Positions 1-9,444 of a DNA stretch of 64,000 nucleotides are shown piece after piece. How positions within the stretch are numbered: the stretch's first letter is position 1; every line of letters begins with the position of its first letter. This DNA comes from an uncultured Planctomycetaceae bacterium (GTDB taxonomy: Bacteria > Planctomycetota > Planctomycetia > Isosphaerales > Isosphaeraceae). The notes beneath the pieces were generated by a model. That model was given only the letters and a program-made list of their open reading frames with translations. It did not search any database and was not told the DNA's origin. The translations under genes and the position numbers were made by a program. Location: the NCBI GenBank assembly GCA_963833985.1, contig CAWIAD010000001.1, positions 768,001 through 832,000 of the forward strand, in the 5' to 3' direction.

Positions 1-5
1 CCCTG

Positions 6-1466
6 GTGCTGGACACGACGAATCCGGGTGACGTCACCGGCTGGGTGGCCGACCCCGCGCTCCAGGTGCGTGCGGCACAGGCCATGACGCCTGATGGCCA
101 CGCCGTGATCCGCATTCGCGATGACGCGGCGTCGTCATTCCGCCCCTGGCTCGAAGCCGGACCCGAAGATGCCCTGACGCTTCAGGCACTCGACTTCTCG
201 GGCGATGGCAAGGCGCTTCATCTCATCTCGGCGCTCGGCCGCGACACCGCGGCGGTGGTCAAGAAAGACCTGGCCAGTGGCAGCGAGTCCGAACTGGCGG
301 CCTCTCCCGACGTGGATGCCGACAGCGTGCTCATCCAGCCGAAGACGCACGTTATTCAGGCGGTCCGGTTCTCACCCGGACGGTCCTCCTGGAAGGTGCT
401 CGACCCGTCCATCCAGGCCGACTTCGACGGCATTGCCAGGCTCCACGAAGGCGACTTCTCGGTGGTCAACCGCGACAACGCCGACAAGACCTGGCTGGTG
501 GCCTTCACGAACGACCGGGGCCCGGTCGCCTATTACGCCTGGGACCGCTCCGCCGGCAAGGGGACGTTCCTCTTCGTCCACCAGCCGAAGCTCCAGGGGC
601 TGAAGCTGGCCGAGATGAAGCCCGTTGCCATCAAGGCGCGCGACAGCCTGACGTTGCACGGCTACCTGACCCTGCCGGTCGGCCTTGAACCGCGCGGGCT
701 GCCCCTGGTGCTCATGGTCCACGGCGGACCGTGGGCGCGTGATAGCTGGGGCTACAATCCCATGGCGCAGTGGTTCGCCAACCGCGGCTATGCCTGCCTG
801 ATGGTCAACTTCCGCGGCTCGACCGGTTACGGCAAGACCTTCCTCAACGCCGGCAACAGGCAGTGGGGCAAGACCATGCACGACGACCTCATCGACGCCT
901 GCAACTGGGCGGTCTCCCAGGGTTACGCCGACCCCAAAAAGATTGCCGCCTTCGGCGGTTCCTACGGAGGTTACGCGGCGCTCGCCGCTCTCACCTTCAC
1001 GCCGGAATACTTCAACTGCGCCGTGGACGTGGTGGGACCCTCAAACCTGAAAACGCTCATCTCCACCATCCCGCCTTACTGGAAGCCGATGCGCTCGATG
1101 TTCGACATTCGCGTGGGCAATGTTGATGACCCGAAGGACGCGGAGCTGATCAAGGAGGCTTCCCCGCTGTTCAAGGCGGACCTGATTCGCCGGCCACTCT
1201 TGGTCGGCCAGGGCGCCAACGATCCGCGCGTGAAGCAGGCCGAGTCCGAGCAGATCGTTGCGGCCATCGAGAAAAACGGCGGACGCGTGACCTACGTGGT
1301 CTACCCGGATGAAGGCCACGGCTTCGCGCGGCCGGACAACCGCATCGACTTCAACGCCCGCGCCGAGGCGTTCCTGGCCGAGCATCTCGGAGGTCGCTGC
1401 GAACCAATGAGCGGCGAGAAGATTCCAGGCTCGACAGCGGTGGTGCGGGAAGTCGGTCGGAAGTGA
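6..1466 (+). CDS. S9 family peptidase (prolyl oligopeptidase/acylaminoacyl peptidase), probably 5'-truncated by the window edge
   Basis: HGGPW, GGSYGG nucleophile elbow, GANDPRV (Asp) and DEGHGF (His) motifs. Confidence 0.92.
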   Translation: MLDTTNPGDVTGWVADPALQVRAAQAMTPDGHAVIRIRDDAASSFRPWLEAGPEDALTLQALDFSGDGKALHLISALGRDTAAVVKKDLASGSESELAASPDVDADSVLIQPKTHVIQAVRFSPGRSSWKVLDPSIQADFDGIARLHEGDFSVVNRDNADKTWLVAFTNDRGPVAYYAWDRSAGKGTFLFVHQPKLQGLKLAEMKPVAIKARDSLTLHGYLTLPVGLEPRGLPLVLMVHGGPWARDSWGYNPMAQWFANRGYACLMVNFRGSTGYGKTFLNAGNRQWGKTMHDDLIDACNWAVSQGYADPKKIAAFGGSYGGYAALAALTFTPEYFNCAVDVVGPSNLKTLISTIPPYWKPMRSMFDIRVGNVDDPKDAELIKEASPLFKADLIRRPLLVGQGANDPRVKQAESEQIVAAIEKNGGRVTYVVYPDEGHGFARPDNRIDFNARAEAFLAEHLGGRCEPMSGEKIPGSTAVVREVGRK

Positions 1467-1507
1467 CCGGCCGCAAGGGTGATTGCTCTCTGCTCTCGTC
1501 GTTCCAC

Positions 1508-1538
1508 AAAGGCCCTCGAGCCGTTCGAGGGCCTTTTT
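1508..1538 (+). terminator. Rho-independent terminator
   Basis: aaa-ggccctcga-gccgt-tcgagggcc-ttttt: 9-bp stem plus T tract about 40 nt after the peptidase stop. Confidence 0.85.
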
Positions 1539-1647
1539 CATTGAGGATCATCTTCGAACCAAACAGATTGCCCGGTCTGCCCTGTGTTTCCTGCCAGGCC
1601 TCTGCTCGCACGCTGTGCTCAGCTTATCAGCCCTTCGGCCGATTCCG

Positions 1648-1818
1648 ATGTCCAGGCATGCCGAAGCTCGTGCCGCGCTGGACCGGCTGCTCAACGTGAT
1701 GCGCCGGATTATGGTCCGTTTGCCGGCATATGTCGCCGAGGATCGCGCATTCCTGGCCGAGGCCGAGGCGGTGGTATTGTACGATCCCATCTTCCCCGCC
1801 AACCCGTTCGCACCGTGA
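1648..1818 (+). CDS. small hypothetical protein (56 aa)
   Basis: ATG at 1648 within ORF 1483-1818; protein-like composition (MSRHAEARAALDRLL...); no recognisable family. Confidence 0.35.
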   Translation: MSRHAEARAALDRLLNVMRRIMVRLPAYVAEDRAFLAEAEAVVLYDPIFPANPFAP

Positions 1819-2056
1819 CTGCCAGGTCTGGTGGGCCGAGCGCACGGAACAATCCGGGAGACACCGGGAGCGCTCATGCTCTATAATGCAAACGAGCTTG
1901 CCGGCCGGGGCGAGCGGTTGACACGGTCACCCGGGCTTGTTTGCGCCGACTTCGAATACGCCCGCGGCATGCTGGCCGCCCGCGCCAGGTGATCGATGGT
2001 TCTCGACCAGTGCGGGGGAGGACCGCATCTGATCGCATTTCCGGAGAGCTTTCCGG

Positions 2057-2560
2057 TTGGCGACCTCCAGGTTCCAGGGGCGCTGGGTTCCTCGCAGCGG
2101 TGGCGCCTTCTCAATCGAAGAGGCTCTGGAATTCGTGAGGTCGCGGGGCGTCAAGATCCCCAGGTACATTGCCTGGTACGTGGCCGAACACGAGGGCCTG
2201 ACCCTGGAGGAGTGCGGCTTGGCCAGCGCGGACGCGATGTATTATCGGAGCGATCAGACCGGCGCCACCGCGGACTTTCTGATCCGGTGGGACGACCTGA
2301 CGATTCGAGGGAGGGTGCCCGTATGGATCAGAGAGGAAGTCTTGCGGAGTGAAGATCATAGCCTTTATGTATGCTCACACGAAGTTTTTGAGATCAGGCA
2401 ATTGAAGAGAGCGATCGCTCATGCCGGCGGCAGCATATCCCTCCGGCGGCTCTGCTCCTTGATCGACCCGGCGTACAATGGTGCGATTCATCATGACGCC
2501 GTCAGGTACAGCGACCGCCTTGTCGAAAAATTCAGGCGGGAGAGGGAAGGGAGTTCATGA
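2057..2560 (+). CDS. hypothetical protein with HExxE...H motif; possible toxin-tip domain
   Basis: TTG start with upstream GGAGA; CSHEVFE...IHHDAV; stop overlaps the next ATG (ATGA). Confidence 0.55.
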   Translation: MATSRFQGRWVPRSGGAFSIEEALEFVRSRGVKIPRYIAWYVAEHEGLTLEECGLASADAMYYRSDQTGATADFLIRWDDLTIRGRVPVWIREEVLRSEDHSLYVCSHEVFEIRQLKRAIAHAGGSISLRRLCSLIDPAYNGAIHHDAVRYSDRLVEKFRREREGSS

Positions 2561-3003
2561 CGATCACGAAAATGACGGAGTTATACCGCAAAGGGGCCTA
2601 TTCCCCGATCAATTACTTCCTTGGACTTCTCGAGCTCATCAAGGAAGGCGCAGACCTGGACCAAACCTTGGGGGCCGTTCCCGAGCCGCTTCTCGGCAGG
2701 ATGATCGGTATGGCAAGAAGGCACAGAGACTCCGCTATCGAGGAACCAGATTCCGAGGAACGGGCGCTCGCCGGGCGGATCATCGAATGGGATAGGAGGC
2801 GATCGATTCCGGTGGGTTCGCTCCCGGGAGCCACGCCGCTCGACGCACAGGGGGCCGACCCGGACCGTCTTCGAGGGTCGGGGACCGGGCCTATCGCTTC
2901 CGGAAGAGCGAAGCGCGATGGAACCAGGTCAGAGAGACAATCGACTATGCGTCAGACAGGCGGGCAGAAGCCTCGCCGGAACGGAAAGACCGGGCCGATC
3001 TGA
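2557..3003 (+). CDS. hypothetical protein; possible immunity partner
   Basis: GGGAG RBS, ATGA coupling to the upstream ORF, helical N-terminal ~80 aa. Confidence 0.5.
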   Translation: MTITKMTELYRKGAYSPINYFLGLLELIKEGADLDQTLGAVPEPLLGRMIGMARRHRDSAIEEPDSEERALAGRIIEWDRRRSIPVGSLPGATPLDAQGADPDRLRGSGTGPIASGRAKRDGTRSERQSTMRQTGGQKPRRNGKTGPI

Positions 3004-3123
3004 TCTCACGTCACGAGCGCCTTTGTTCTAGAATTCATTCCATCTCGCTCTCCTGGGCGAGCGATCGACGCTGATTACGTTTTTTCCGGATGGGCCTCGG
3101 GAATCTGTTGGGGACGGCATCTG

Positions 3124-4089
3124 ATGCGCGTGCTGATCACGGGCGGGGCAGGGTTCATCGGGTCGCACCTGGCCGAAGCGTATCTCCAGCGGGGCGATGA
3201 AGTCTACGTGCTGGATGACCTGTCGACGGGCAGCATCGACAACATCCGCCATCTCCGCGGCAACGGCAAGTTTCACTACACAATCGAGAGCGTGCACCAT
3301 GCCCCCACGGTCGCCGAACTGGTCGACCAGTGCGACGCGGTCTTCCACCTGGCGGCCGCGGTGGGCGTACGGCTCATCGTCGAGAGCCCGGTGCGGACCA
3401 TCGAGACCAACGTGCACGGCACCGAGGTCGTTCTCGCGGCCGCCAACAAGAAGAAGAAAAAGGTGCTGATCGCGTCCACGTCCGAGGTGTACGGGCTCTC
3501 CACCGATGTGCCATTTCGCGAGGACGGCTGCTTGGTGCTTGGGCCCACCAGCAAGGGCAGGTGGAGCTATGCCTGCTCGAAGGCGATCGACGAATTCCTG
3601 GCCCTGGCGTACTGGCGAGAACGCAAGCTGCCCACCGTGATCGTGCGTCTGTTCAACACCGTCGGCCCGCGGCAGACCGGGCAATACGGCATGGTGGTGC
3701 CCACCTTCATCAAGCAGGCGCTCACGGGACGGCCCATCACCGTGTACGGCGACGGCACCCAGTCGCGCTGCTTCACCGACGTGAGCGACGTCGTCACCGC
3801 CCTGGTCGCGCTCATGGACCACCCCTCGGCCGTGGGGGACGTCTTCAATATCGGGTCGAGCGAGGAAATCTCTATCGAGGCGCTCGCGGCGCGCGTGAAG
3901 ACACTGACCGGATCGAGCTCGGAGATCGTGCGCGTCCCCTACGCGCAAGCCTATGGAGAGGGCTTCGAGGACATGCCCCGGCGCGTGCCGGACATCGGCA
4001 AGATCCACCGCCTGATTGCCTACCAGCCGCGCAAGTCCCTGGATGCGATCTTGCAGGGCGTGATCGAATACTTCCGCGACGCCCCGTAG
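3124..4089 (+). CDS. NAD-dependent nucleotide-sugar epimerase/dehydratase (extended SDR)
   Basis: GGAGFIG Rossmann motif, STSEVYG, YxxxK (YACSK), RLFNTVGPRQ. Confidence 0.93.
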   Translation: MRVLITGGAGFIGSHLAEAYLQRGDEVYVLDDLSTGSIDNIRHLRGNGKFHYTIESVHHAPTVAELVDQCDAVFHLAAAVGVRLIVESPVRTIETNVHGTEVVLAAANKKKKKVLIASTSEVYGLSTDVPFREDGCLVLGPTSKGRWSYACSKAIDEFLALAYWRERKLPTVIVRLFNTVGPRQTGQYGMVVPTFIKQALTGRPITVYGDGTQSRCFTDVSDVVTALVALMDHPSAVGDVFNIGSSEEISIEALAARVKTLTGSSSEIVRVPYAQAYGEGFEDMPRRVPDIGKIHRLIAYQPRKSLDAILQGVIEYFRDAP

Positions 4090-4156
4090 CCACGGCCTTT
4101 CGCCCGGAGCCTGAAACTGAGCCTGAGCCAGGATTGGCGTGCTGGGCCCGCAATGG

Positions 4157-5752
4157 TCATGCGGTGAACCAGCGCTCGAGGTAAGCGGCCAGTCGCGAGG
4201 GCGAGGTCCGTTCTCCTGCCACGAAGCCGAGGTAGCCGTCGGGCCTGACCAGGAACACCCCCGCCGCTGTACCGAAAGCGGATGCAAACGGCTCCCGCGC
4301 GGGGCCGTCGCCGGGTGACCTCAGCTCGACCACGCGGACCAGGTGGCTCCATTTGTCAATCGCTTCGGTGAACTCGGACGCCTGGTCTTTTGAATCGTCG
4401 GTCCGCACCACGAAAAGCGTCAAGGTTGAGGGATCGACCAGGCTTGCCAGCCGCACGTCTCGCCAGCCGGATCCCCCGGCGCCCTCGGCTTGCACCATCA
4501 GCTCCGGGACGCGATCGCCGGCGTGCAGGTGGCCGCCGTGCGCGTGGTGTTGTTCGGAGAGTGGTCCGTGGCGATAATTGATCGCGATCTGGCTCATCCG
4601 CGCCGGGGCGTTCTCACGTACCAGGGATGTGCCGCCAATCCAGGGACCGAGATGAGCCAAGAGCGCATGGACGATGGGATTGTCGCTGCCCATCAGGTCC
4701 GTCAGCCCCTCGGTCTTGCTCAGGACGTCGCGCATCACGGGCAGGCGTTCCTGCTCGTAGGTATCGAGCAGGGCGAGAGGTGCCTGGCCGCGGATCACCA
4801 GGGCCAGCTTCCAGGCCAGGTTGATCATGTCCTGGATGCCCGTGTTCATCCCCTGTCCGCCGGCCGGACTGTGGATGTGCGCCGCGTCGCCGCCCAGCAG
4901 CAGCCGCCCCACCCGGAGATGGGGAACCATCCGGCTGTTGATATGAAACCAGGAGCTCCAGGTGAGGTCGCGAAACCGCGCGGGGATGCTCGATCGCTGA
5001 TCGTAGACCGCCTGCACCTCCTCGAAACCTGGCTCTGTTCCGGCGGCCGGCGCGCCTGGAGGGTTGCTGGCGATGACGCGGAACCGCTCGCCTCCCAGGG
5101 GGAAGACCGCCAGGATGCCGTCCCGGGAAGAGACGATCTGGATCTGATCGCGCGCGAGATCGCCCTCGCAGCTCACGTCGGCCAGGAGATACCGGTTGTC
5201 GAGTGTCTTGCCCTCGAACGGCAGGTCGAGCGTGGCCCGGACCGTGCTATGCGCCCCCTCCGCCGAGATCAGCCACGAGGCCTCCATGAGCTCGAGCCCG
5301 CCGCCTTCATGCCGCAATGCCGCCCTGACGGGGGGAGCACCGTGCGACAGCGTATCCTGGGCCAGGCCGACAAGCTCGACCCCGCGCTCGATGGCCATCC
5401 CCTGCCGCTCGACCGCCTCGCCAAGCACACGCTCGGTCTCGGACTGGGGGACGAGCAGGAGGAAGTTGTAGTGGCTGGCGATCTGGCTGAAGTCCAGATG
5501 CAGGATGGGGCGGCCATCCGCGAAGATCGAGCCGCCCGAAGCTCGATTTCCCCTCCGCACCAGCTCGTCCGCTAGCCCCCGCTGTTCCAGCAGCTCGAGC
5601 GTTCGCGCCTGCACGCCGATCGCCCGGGAAGTCTGCGGCGGACTGGCTTGTCGCTCGATGATCCGCGCGGCGACGCCGAGCCGGGAAAGTTCCAGCGCCG
5701 CGGTGAGCCCGGTGGGTCCGGCACCAACGATGAGCACGGGAGCCGTCATCAT
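4157..5752 (-). CDS. FAD-dependent monooxygenase (PheA/TfdB aromatic hydroxylase family)
   Basis: IVGAGPTG, EGAHSTVR, GDAAHIHSPAGGQGMNTG, C-terminal LVRPDGY; start chosen at MMTAPV. Confidence 0.92.
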   Translation of the reverse strand: MMTAPVLIVGAGPTGLTAALELSRLGVAARIIERQASPPQTSRAIGVQARTLELLEQRGLADELVRRGNRASGGSIFADGRPILHLDFSQIASHYNFLLLVPQSETERVLGEAVERQGMAIERGVELVGLAQDTLSHGAPPVRAALRHEGGGLELMEASWLISAEGAHSTVRATLDLPFEGKTLDNRYLLADVSCEGDLARDQIQIVSSRDGILAVFPLGGERFRVIASNPPGAPAAGTEPGFEEVQAVYDQRSSIPARFRDLTWSSWFHINSRMVPHLRVGRLLLGGDAAHIHSPAGGQGMNTGIQDMINLAWKLALVIRGQAPLALLDTYEQERLPVMRDVLSKTEGLTDLMGSDNPIVHALLAHLGPWIGGTSLVRENAPARMSQIAINYRHGPLSEQHHAHGGHLHAGDRVPELMVQAEGAGGSGWRDVRLASLVDPSTLTLFVVRTDDSKDQASEFTEAIDKWSHLVRVVELRSPGDGPAREPFASAFGTAAGVFLVRPDGYLGFVAGERTSPSRLAAYLERWFTA

Positions 5753-6509
5753 GGAAAACTCCGCGAAAGGTCTTACGATCCTCGTCTCGCGATCCCTTGA
5801 TAATGGATTCTTTGCGTCATGAATCCACACAGCCCGCCGTGCTTCAAGGTCGTCGTTCCCTATCGTCAGGCCGGAGTTCGCGTGCTAAGCAGGTTCGCAA
5901 TGGTTCTTTGACAGGCATTCAGTGGGTTGATGCGATCCTGGATGACCGGGAGGCCGCTCTTTGTGGGACACGACTCCCGTGCGCCGTGGAAAGGTGTTGG
6001 TCTTCAGTGGGTGTAACTCCCACCCGGCAACTGGGTCGCTCCAGCCGGTAGCTATCGGAGCGGCGGTGGAGGAGACGAAACCGTCGGAGCCTTCGAGACA
6101 GATGTGTCGCTTGGCGATGCAGCGAACCGACAGGCCGTAACGCGAGTGAACGTTGAGCAGGCCTCGAAAAGTCCAATGTGGTCGCCGACCTTGCTGGAAT
6201 ATGGGGAAGGCCGCCGTCGCTGGGGATGAAAGGGAAACGGTTGGAATAGGCCGCCCCACGAGCGATCAGAACCCAGCGGGCCACCGGGGTATTGACGACG
6301 GCATGTCGGCACACGGAGATCAACACAACACGGGAAACCCCAAGCGGTGAGGGCGCGTGACCCTCAACCGGACGCCCGCGAGGGACCGGCCGGGCTGCCT
6401 GGGGTGGCGGAGAGGCCCGTAGTACCGTCGACGCCGGGTAACTCCGGTCGAGGGAAGGGGCCTTGGTTCAAGGTCAACGCAACAAGCGGCAGACAGCCGG
6501 GAGATTGGC

Positions 6510-7208
6510 GTGAGTCTATCACCTCCACTGAAGGTCGGGAAGTTGCAGACGGCGTTGCACACCAAAGCGAAGAACGCGCCCAACTATCGGTTCTACGTCC
6601 TGTACGACAAGATTTATCGACGTGACGTTCTGGGATTCGCCTACGAACGCTGCCGTGCCAACGGCGGCGCGCCGGGGATCGACGGCCAGAGTTTCGCCGA
6701 CATCGAGGCGTCCGGGAAGGAACGATGGCTGGACGAACTGGCGGAACAACTTCGTAAGGAGACGTATCAACCCCAGGCGGTGCGGCGCGTGTACATCCCC
6801 AAAGGGGACGGCAAGCAAAGGCCGCTGGGCATTCCTTGCATCAAGGATCGTGTGGTGCAGATGGCTGCGGTGCTGGTCTTGGAGCCGATCTTCGAGGCCG
6901 ACCTGGAGCCGGAACAACACGCCTACCGCCCGGAGCGCAGCGCCCTGGACGCCGTCCGCGAAGTCGAACGGCTGCTCAAGACGGGGCACACCGAGGTGGT
7001 GGACGCGGACTTATCTGGATATTTCGATAGCATACCCCATTCCGAGTTAATGAAATCGGCGTCACGGCGCATCAGCGACGGTCGCGTCCTGCGGCTGATC
7101 AAGATGTGGCTGGAAACACCGGTGGAAGAAACCGACGGGAAGGGGCAGCGCCATCGAACGACCCGGAATAAAGACCAGGGGATGGGTACACCGCAAGGTG
7201 CACCGATC
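6510..7208 (+). pseudogene. ltrA: group II intron reverse transcriptase/maturase, N-terminal part
   Basis: GAPGIDG, YIPKGDGKQRPLGIP, DADLSGYFDSIPH, GTPQGAPI; breaks at GATC 7205-7208. Confidence 0.92.
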
Positions 7209-9223
7209 ACGCCCCCAACAATGTTGCAAAATCGTCCCTGATTCCTGACTCTGTCATTTCCAGATCGCGGCTTCGACCGAAGTACGGGCACGGATGGCAG
7301 CCCCGACTCGATCCCGATCCAAGGCAGGCTGGCGGCCGCGCTCTCGGAGAGGAGGAGTCGACATGATCACGTCCCCACGGAGGCCCACGTTCAGTCCTCC
7401 TGTCACCCGCCACTTCGAGTTCACTCGGCTTCAGGAGCAATTGATCGCGCGTGCATATCAGGTCTTGATCCCGGTCGTTTCGCAGCGCCTGGATCGGCCG
7501 CGACCCAGCCGCAACCACGCGACTGTGGTCCACACTATCCAGTCCAAGGTCGGGGGGGTTTGACAAACCATGATCACGGACAATCTCCGCGTGGCGCTCT
7601 ACGCCCGGGTTTCGGGGGAGCAGCAGGAGAAGGAGGACACGATCGCCAGCCAGCTCGAGGCGGTCACTCAGCGGATCGCCACTGATGGCTTGGAATGCGA
7701 GCCCGAACTGCACTTCGTGGACGACGGCGTCAGCGGTTACATCCTGGCCCGACCGGCACTCGAGCGACTTCGGGACCAAGCCGCCGCTGGAGCCATCGAC
7801 CGCCTCTATATGCTCGATCCGGATCGACTTTCACGCAAGTATGCCTATCAGGTCTTGATCCTTGAGGAACTTATCCGGTGCGGTGTCGAGGTCGTCTTCT
7901 TGCGCAACCCCGTCGGCCGCAGTCCGGAAGCCGACCTGCTGCTTCAGGTCCAGGGAATGATCGCGGAATACGAGCGCGCCAAGATCATGGAGCGTTGCCG
8001 CAGGGGCAAGCAACACGCCGCCCGCCGCGGTTCGGTCAACGTCCTCAGCGGCGCGCCGTACGGCTACCGTTACATCGGCAAGCACGAGGGAGGTGGCGAG
8101 GCGCGTTATCAGGTCCTCGCTGAAGAGTCCCGGGTCGTGCGGAAGATCTTCGAATGGGTGGGTCAGGAACGGTGCTCGATCGGCGAGGTGTGCCGACGCC
8201 TCCGGCGCGACAGTATCCCGACGCGGACCGGGAAATCGGCCTGGGATCGCGCGACGGTCTGGTTGATCCTCAAGAACCCTGCCTACAAGGGGACCGCGGC
8301 CTTCGGCAAGACGCGCTCAGGTGAGTTCAAACCTCAACGCCTCCGCCCGCAGCGAGGCCGCCCCGAACACTCCCGGCGACCGGTCTCACGGGTTGATACA
8401 TCCTCGGAAGATCAAATCTTCATTGAAGTCCCCGGGCTGGTGAGCGAAGACCTCTTCCTGGCTGTCCAGGCCCAGCTTGAAGAGAACCGGCAACGCCGTC
8501 GCGACCGGCCCGGCGGTGGCCGATATCTGCTCCAGGGCCTGGTCGTCTGCAAGCGCTGCGGCTACGGCTGCTACGGCAAGCCGACGAGCCGAGCCGCGTT
8601 CGAGGGCAAGGGTAGGGTCCGCTACGCGTACTACCGTTGCACGGGCTCTGACGCCTATCGTTTCGGCGGGCAGCGCCTCTGCTGGAACAAGCAGATCCGC
8701 ACCGATATCCTTGACGCTGCCGTCTGGGAGGACTTACGAGGTCTCCTGTCCGAGCCGGAGCGGGTCCGGGAGGAGTACGAGCGGCGGCTGCAGGGTGCCC
8801 AGGGCGGGCCGAATCAGGAGGTGGAGCATCTCGGCAAATTGATAAATAATGTGAAAAAGATGATTTCTCGATTAATCGATGCTTACGGCGACGGGTTGCT
8901 CGACAAATCGGAGTTCGAGCCCCGGATCTCGGCGGCAAGGACGCGCCTCTCGAGATTGGCGGAGGAGCATCGACAACGAATCGGCGAGGCCGCCCAAGAG
9001 GCGGAATTGCGACTGGTGATCGGTCAGTTGGAGGAGTTCGCACGTCGCGTCTCGCAAGGGTTGCAAGAGCCGGACTGGGCCACGCGACGGGAGGTGGTTC
9101 GGGCCTTGGTGAAGAAGGTCGAGATCGACGAGCAGGAGGTCCGCATCGTGTATCGGGTCAGTCCGTCCCCTTTTGAGAAAGGCCCCCAACAACGTAGTTC
9201 GCAACATTGTTGGGGGCGTGATC
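7209..9223 (+). mobile_element. minimal integrative element encoding a large serine recombinase, inserted in the intron RT gene
   Basis: Perfect 19-bp terminal inverted arms (acgcccccaacaatgttgc 7209-7227; gcaacattgttgggggcgt 9201-9219), GATC at both junctions (7205-7208, 9220-9223); removal restores the RT frame. Confidence 0.9.
7363..7563 (+). CDS. 66-aa protein upstream of the recombinase (candidate accessory/directionality factor)
   Basis: AGGAGGAG RBS before ATG 7363; stops 6 nt before the LSR start; function is inference. Confidence 0.6.
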   Translation: MITSPRRPTFSPPVTRHFEFTRLQEQLIARAYQVLIPVVSQRLDRPRPSRNHATVVHTIQSKVGGV

Positions 9224-9444
9224 TCACCATTGTTGTCCAACATCTACATGCGACGATTTGTGAAGGGATGGAAGACTGGTGGACACGAGCGGCGTCTGGT
9301 CGCGCGAATCGTCAACTATGCGGACGACTTCGTCATCTGCTGTCGCGGCACGGCCGAAGAGGCCATGACGGTGATGCGGAAGATGATGTCCAGGCTGAAG
9401 TTAACGGTGAACGAGACCAAGACGCGGCTGTGCCACCTGCCTGA
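7570..9444 (+). CDS. large serine recombinase (resolvase + recombinase + Zn-ribbon + coiled coil); C-terminal tail read from intron DNA
   Basis: ALYARVS catalytic Ser, DDGVSG, RPALERL, DRLSR, CKRCG...YYRC...C; no stop before the right junction. Confidence 0.93.
   Translation: MITDNLRVALYARVSGEQQEKEDTIASQLEAVTQRIATDGLECEPELHFVDDGVSGYILARPALERLRDQAAAGAIDRLYMLDPDRLSRKYAYQVLILEELIRCGVEVVFLRNPVGRSPEADLLLQVQGMIAEYERAKIMERCRRGKQHAARRGSVNVLSGAPYGYRYIGKHEGGGEARYQVLAEESRVVRKIFEWVGQERCSIGEVCRRLRRDSIPTRTGKSAWDRATVWLILKNPAYKGTAAFGKTRSGEFKPQRLRPQRGRPEHSRRPVSRVDTSSEDQIFIEVPGLVSEDLFLAVQAQLEENRQRRRDRPGGGRYLLQGLVVCKRCGYGCYGKPTSRAAFEGKGRVRYAYYRCTGSDAYRFGGQRLCWNKQIRTDILDAAVWEDLRGLLSEPERVREEYERRLQGAQGGPNQEVEHLGKLINNVKKMISRLIDAYGDGLLDKSEFEPRISAARTRLSRLAEEHRQRIGEAAQEAELRLVIGQLEEFARRVSQGLQEPDWATRREVVRALVKKVEIDEQEVRIVYRVSPSPFEKGPQQRSSQHCWGRDLTIVVQHLHATICEGMEDWWTRAASGRANRQLCGRLRHLLSRHGRRGHDGDAEDDVQAEVNGERDQDAAVPPA

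Noticed and set aside
7205..9223. LSR element as a classical IS with terminal IRs and a 4-bp target duplication
   Set aside because: The only enzyme is a large serine recombinase, so the arms and GATC are better read as att arms and shared core; not formally excluded.
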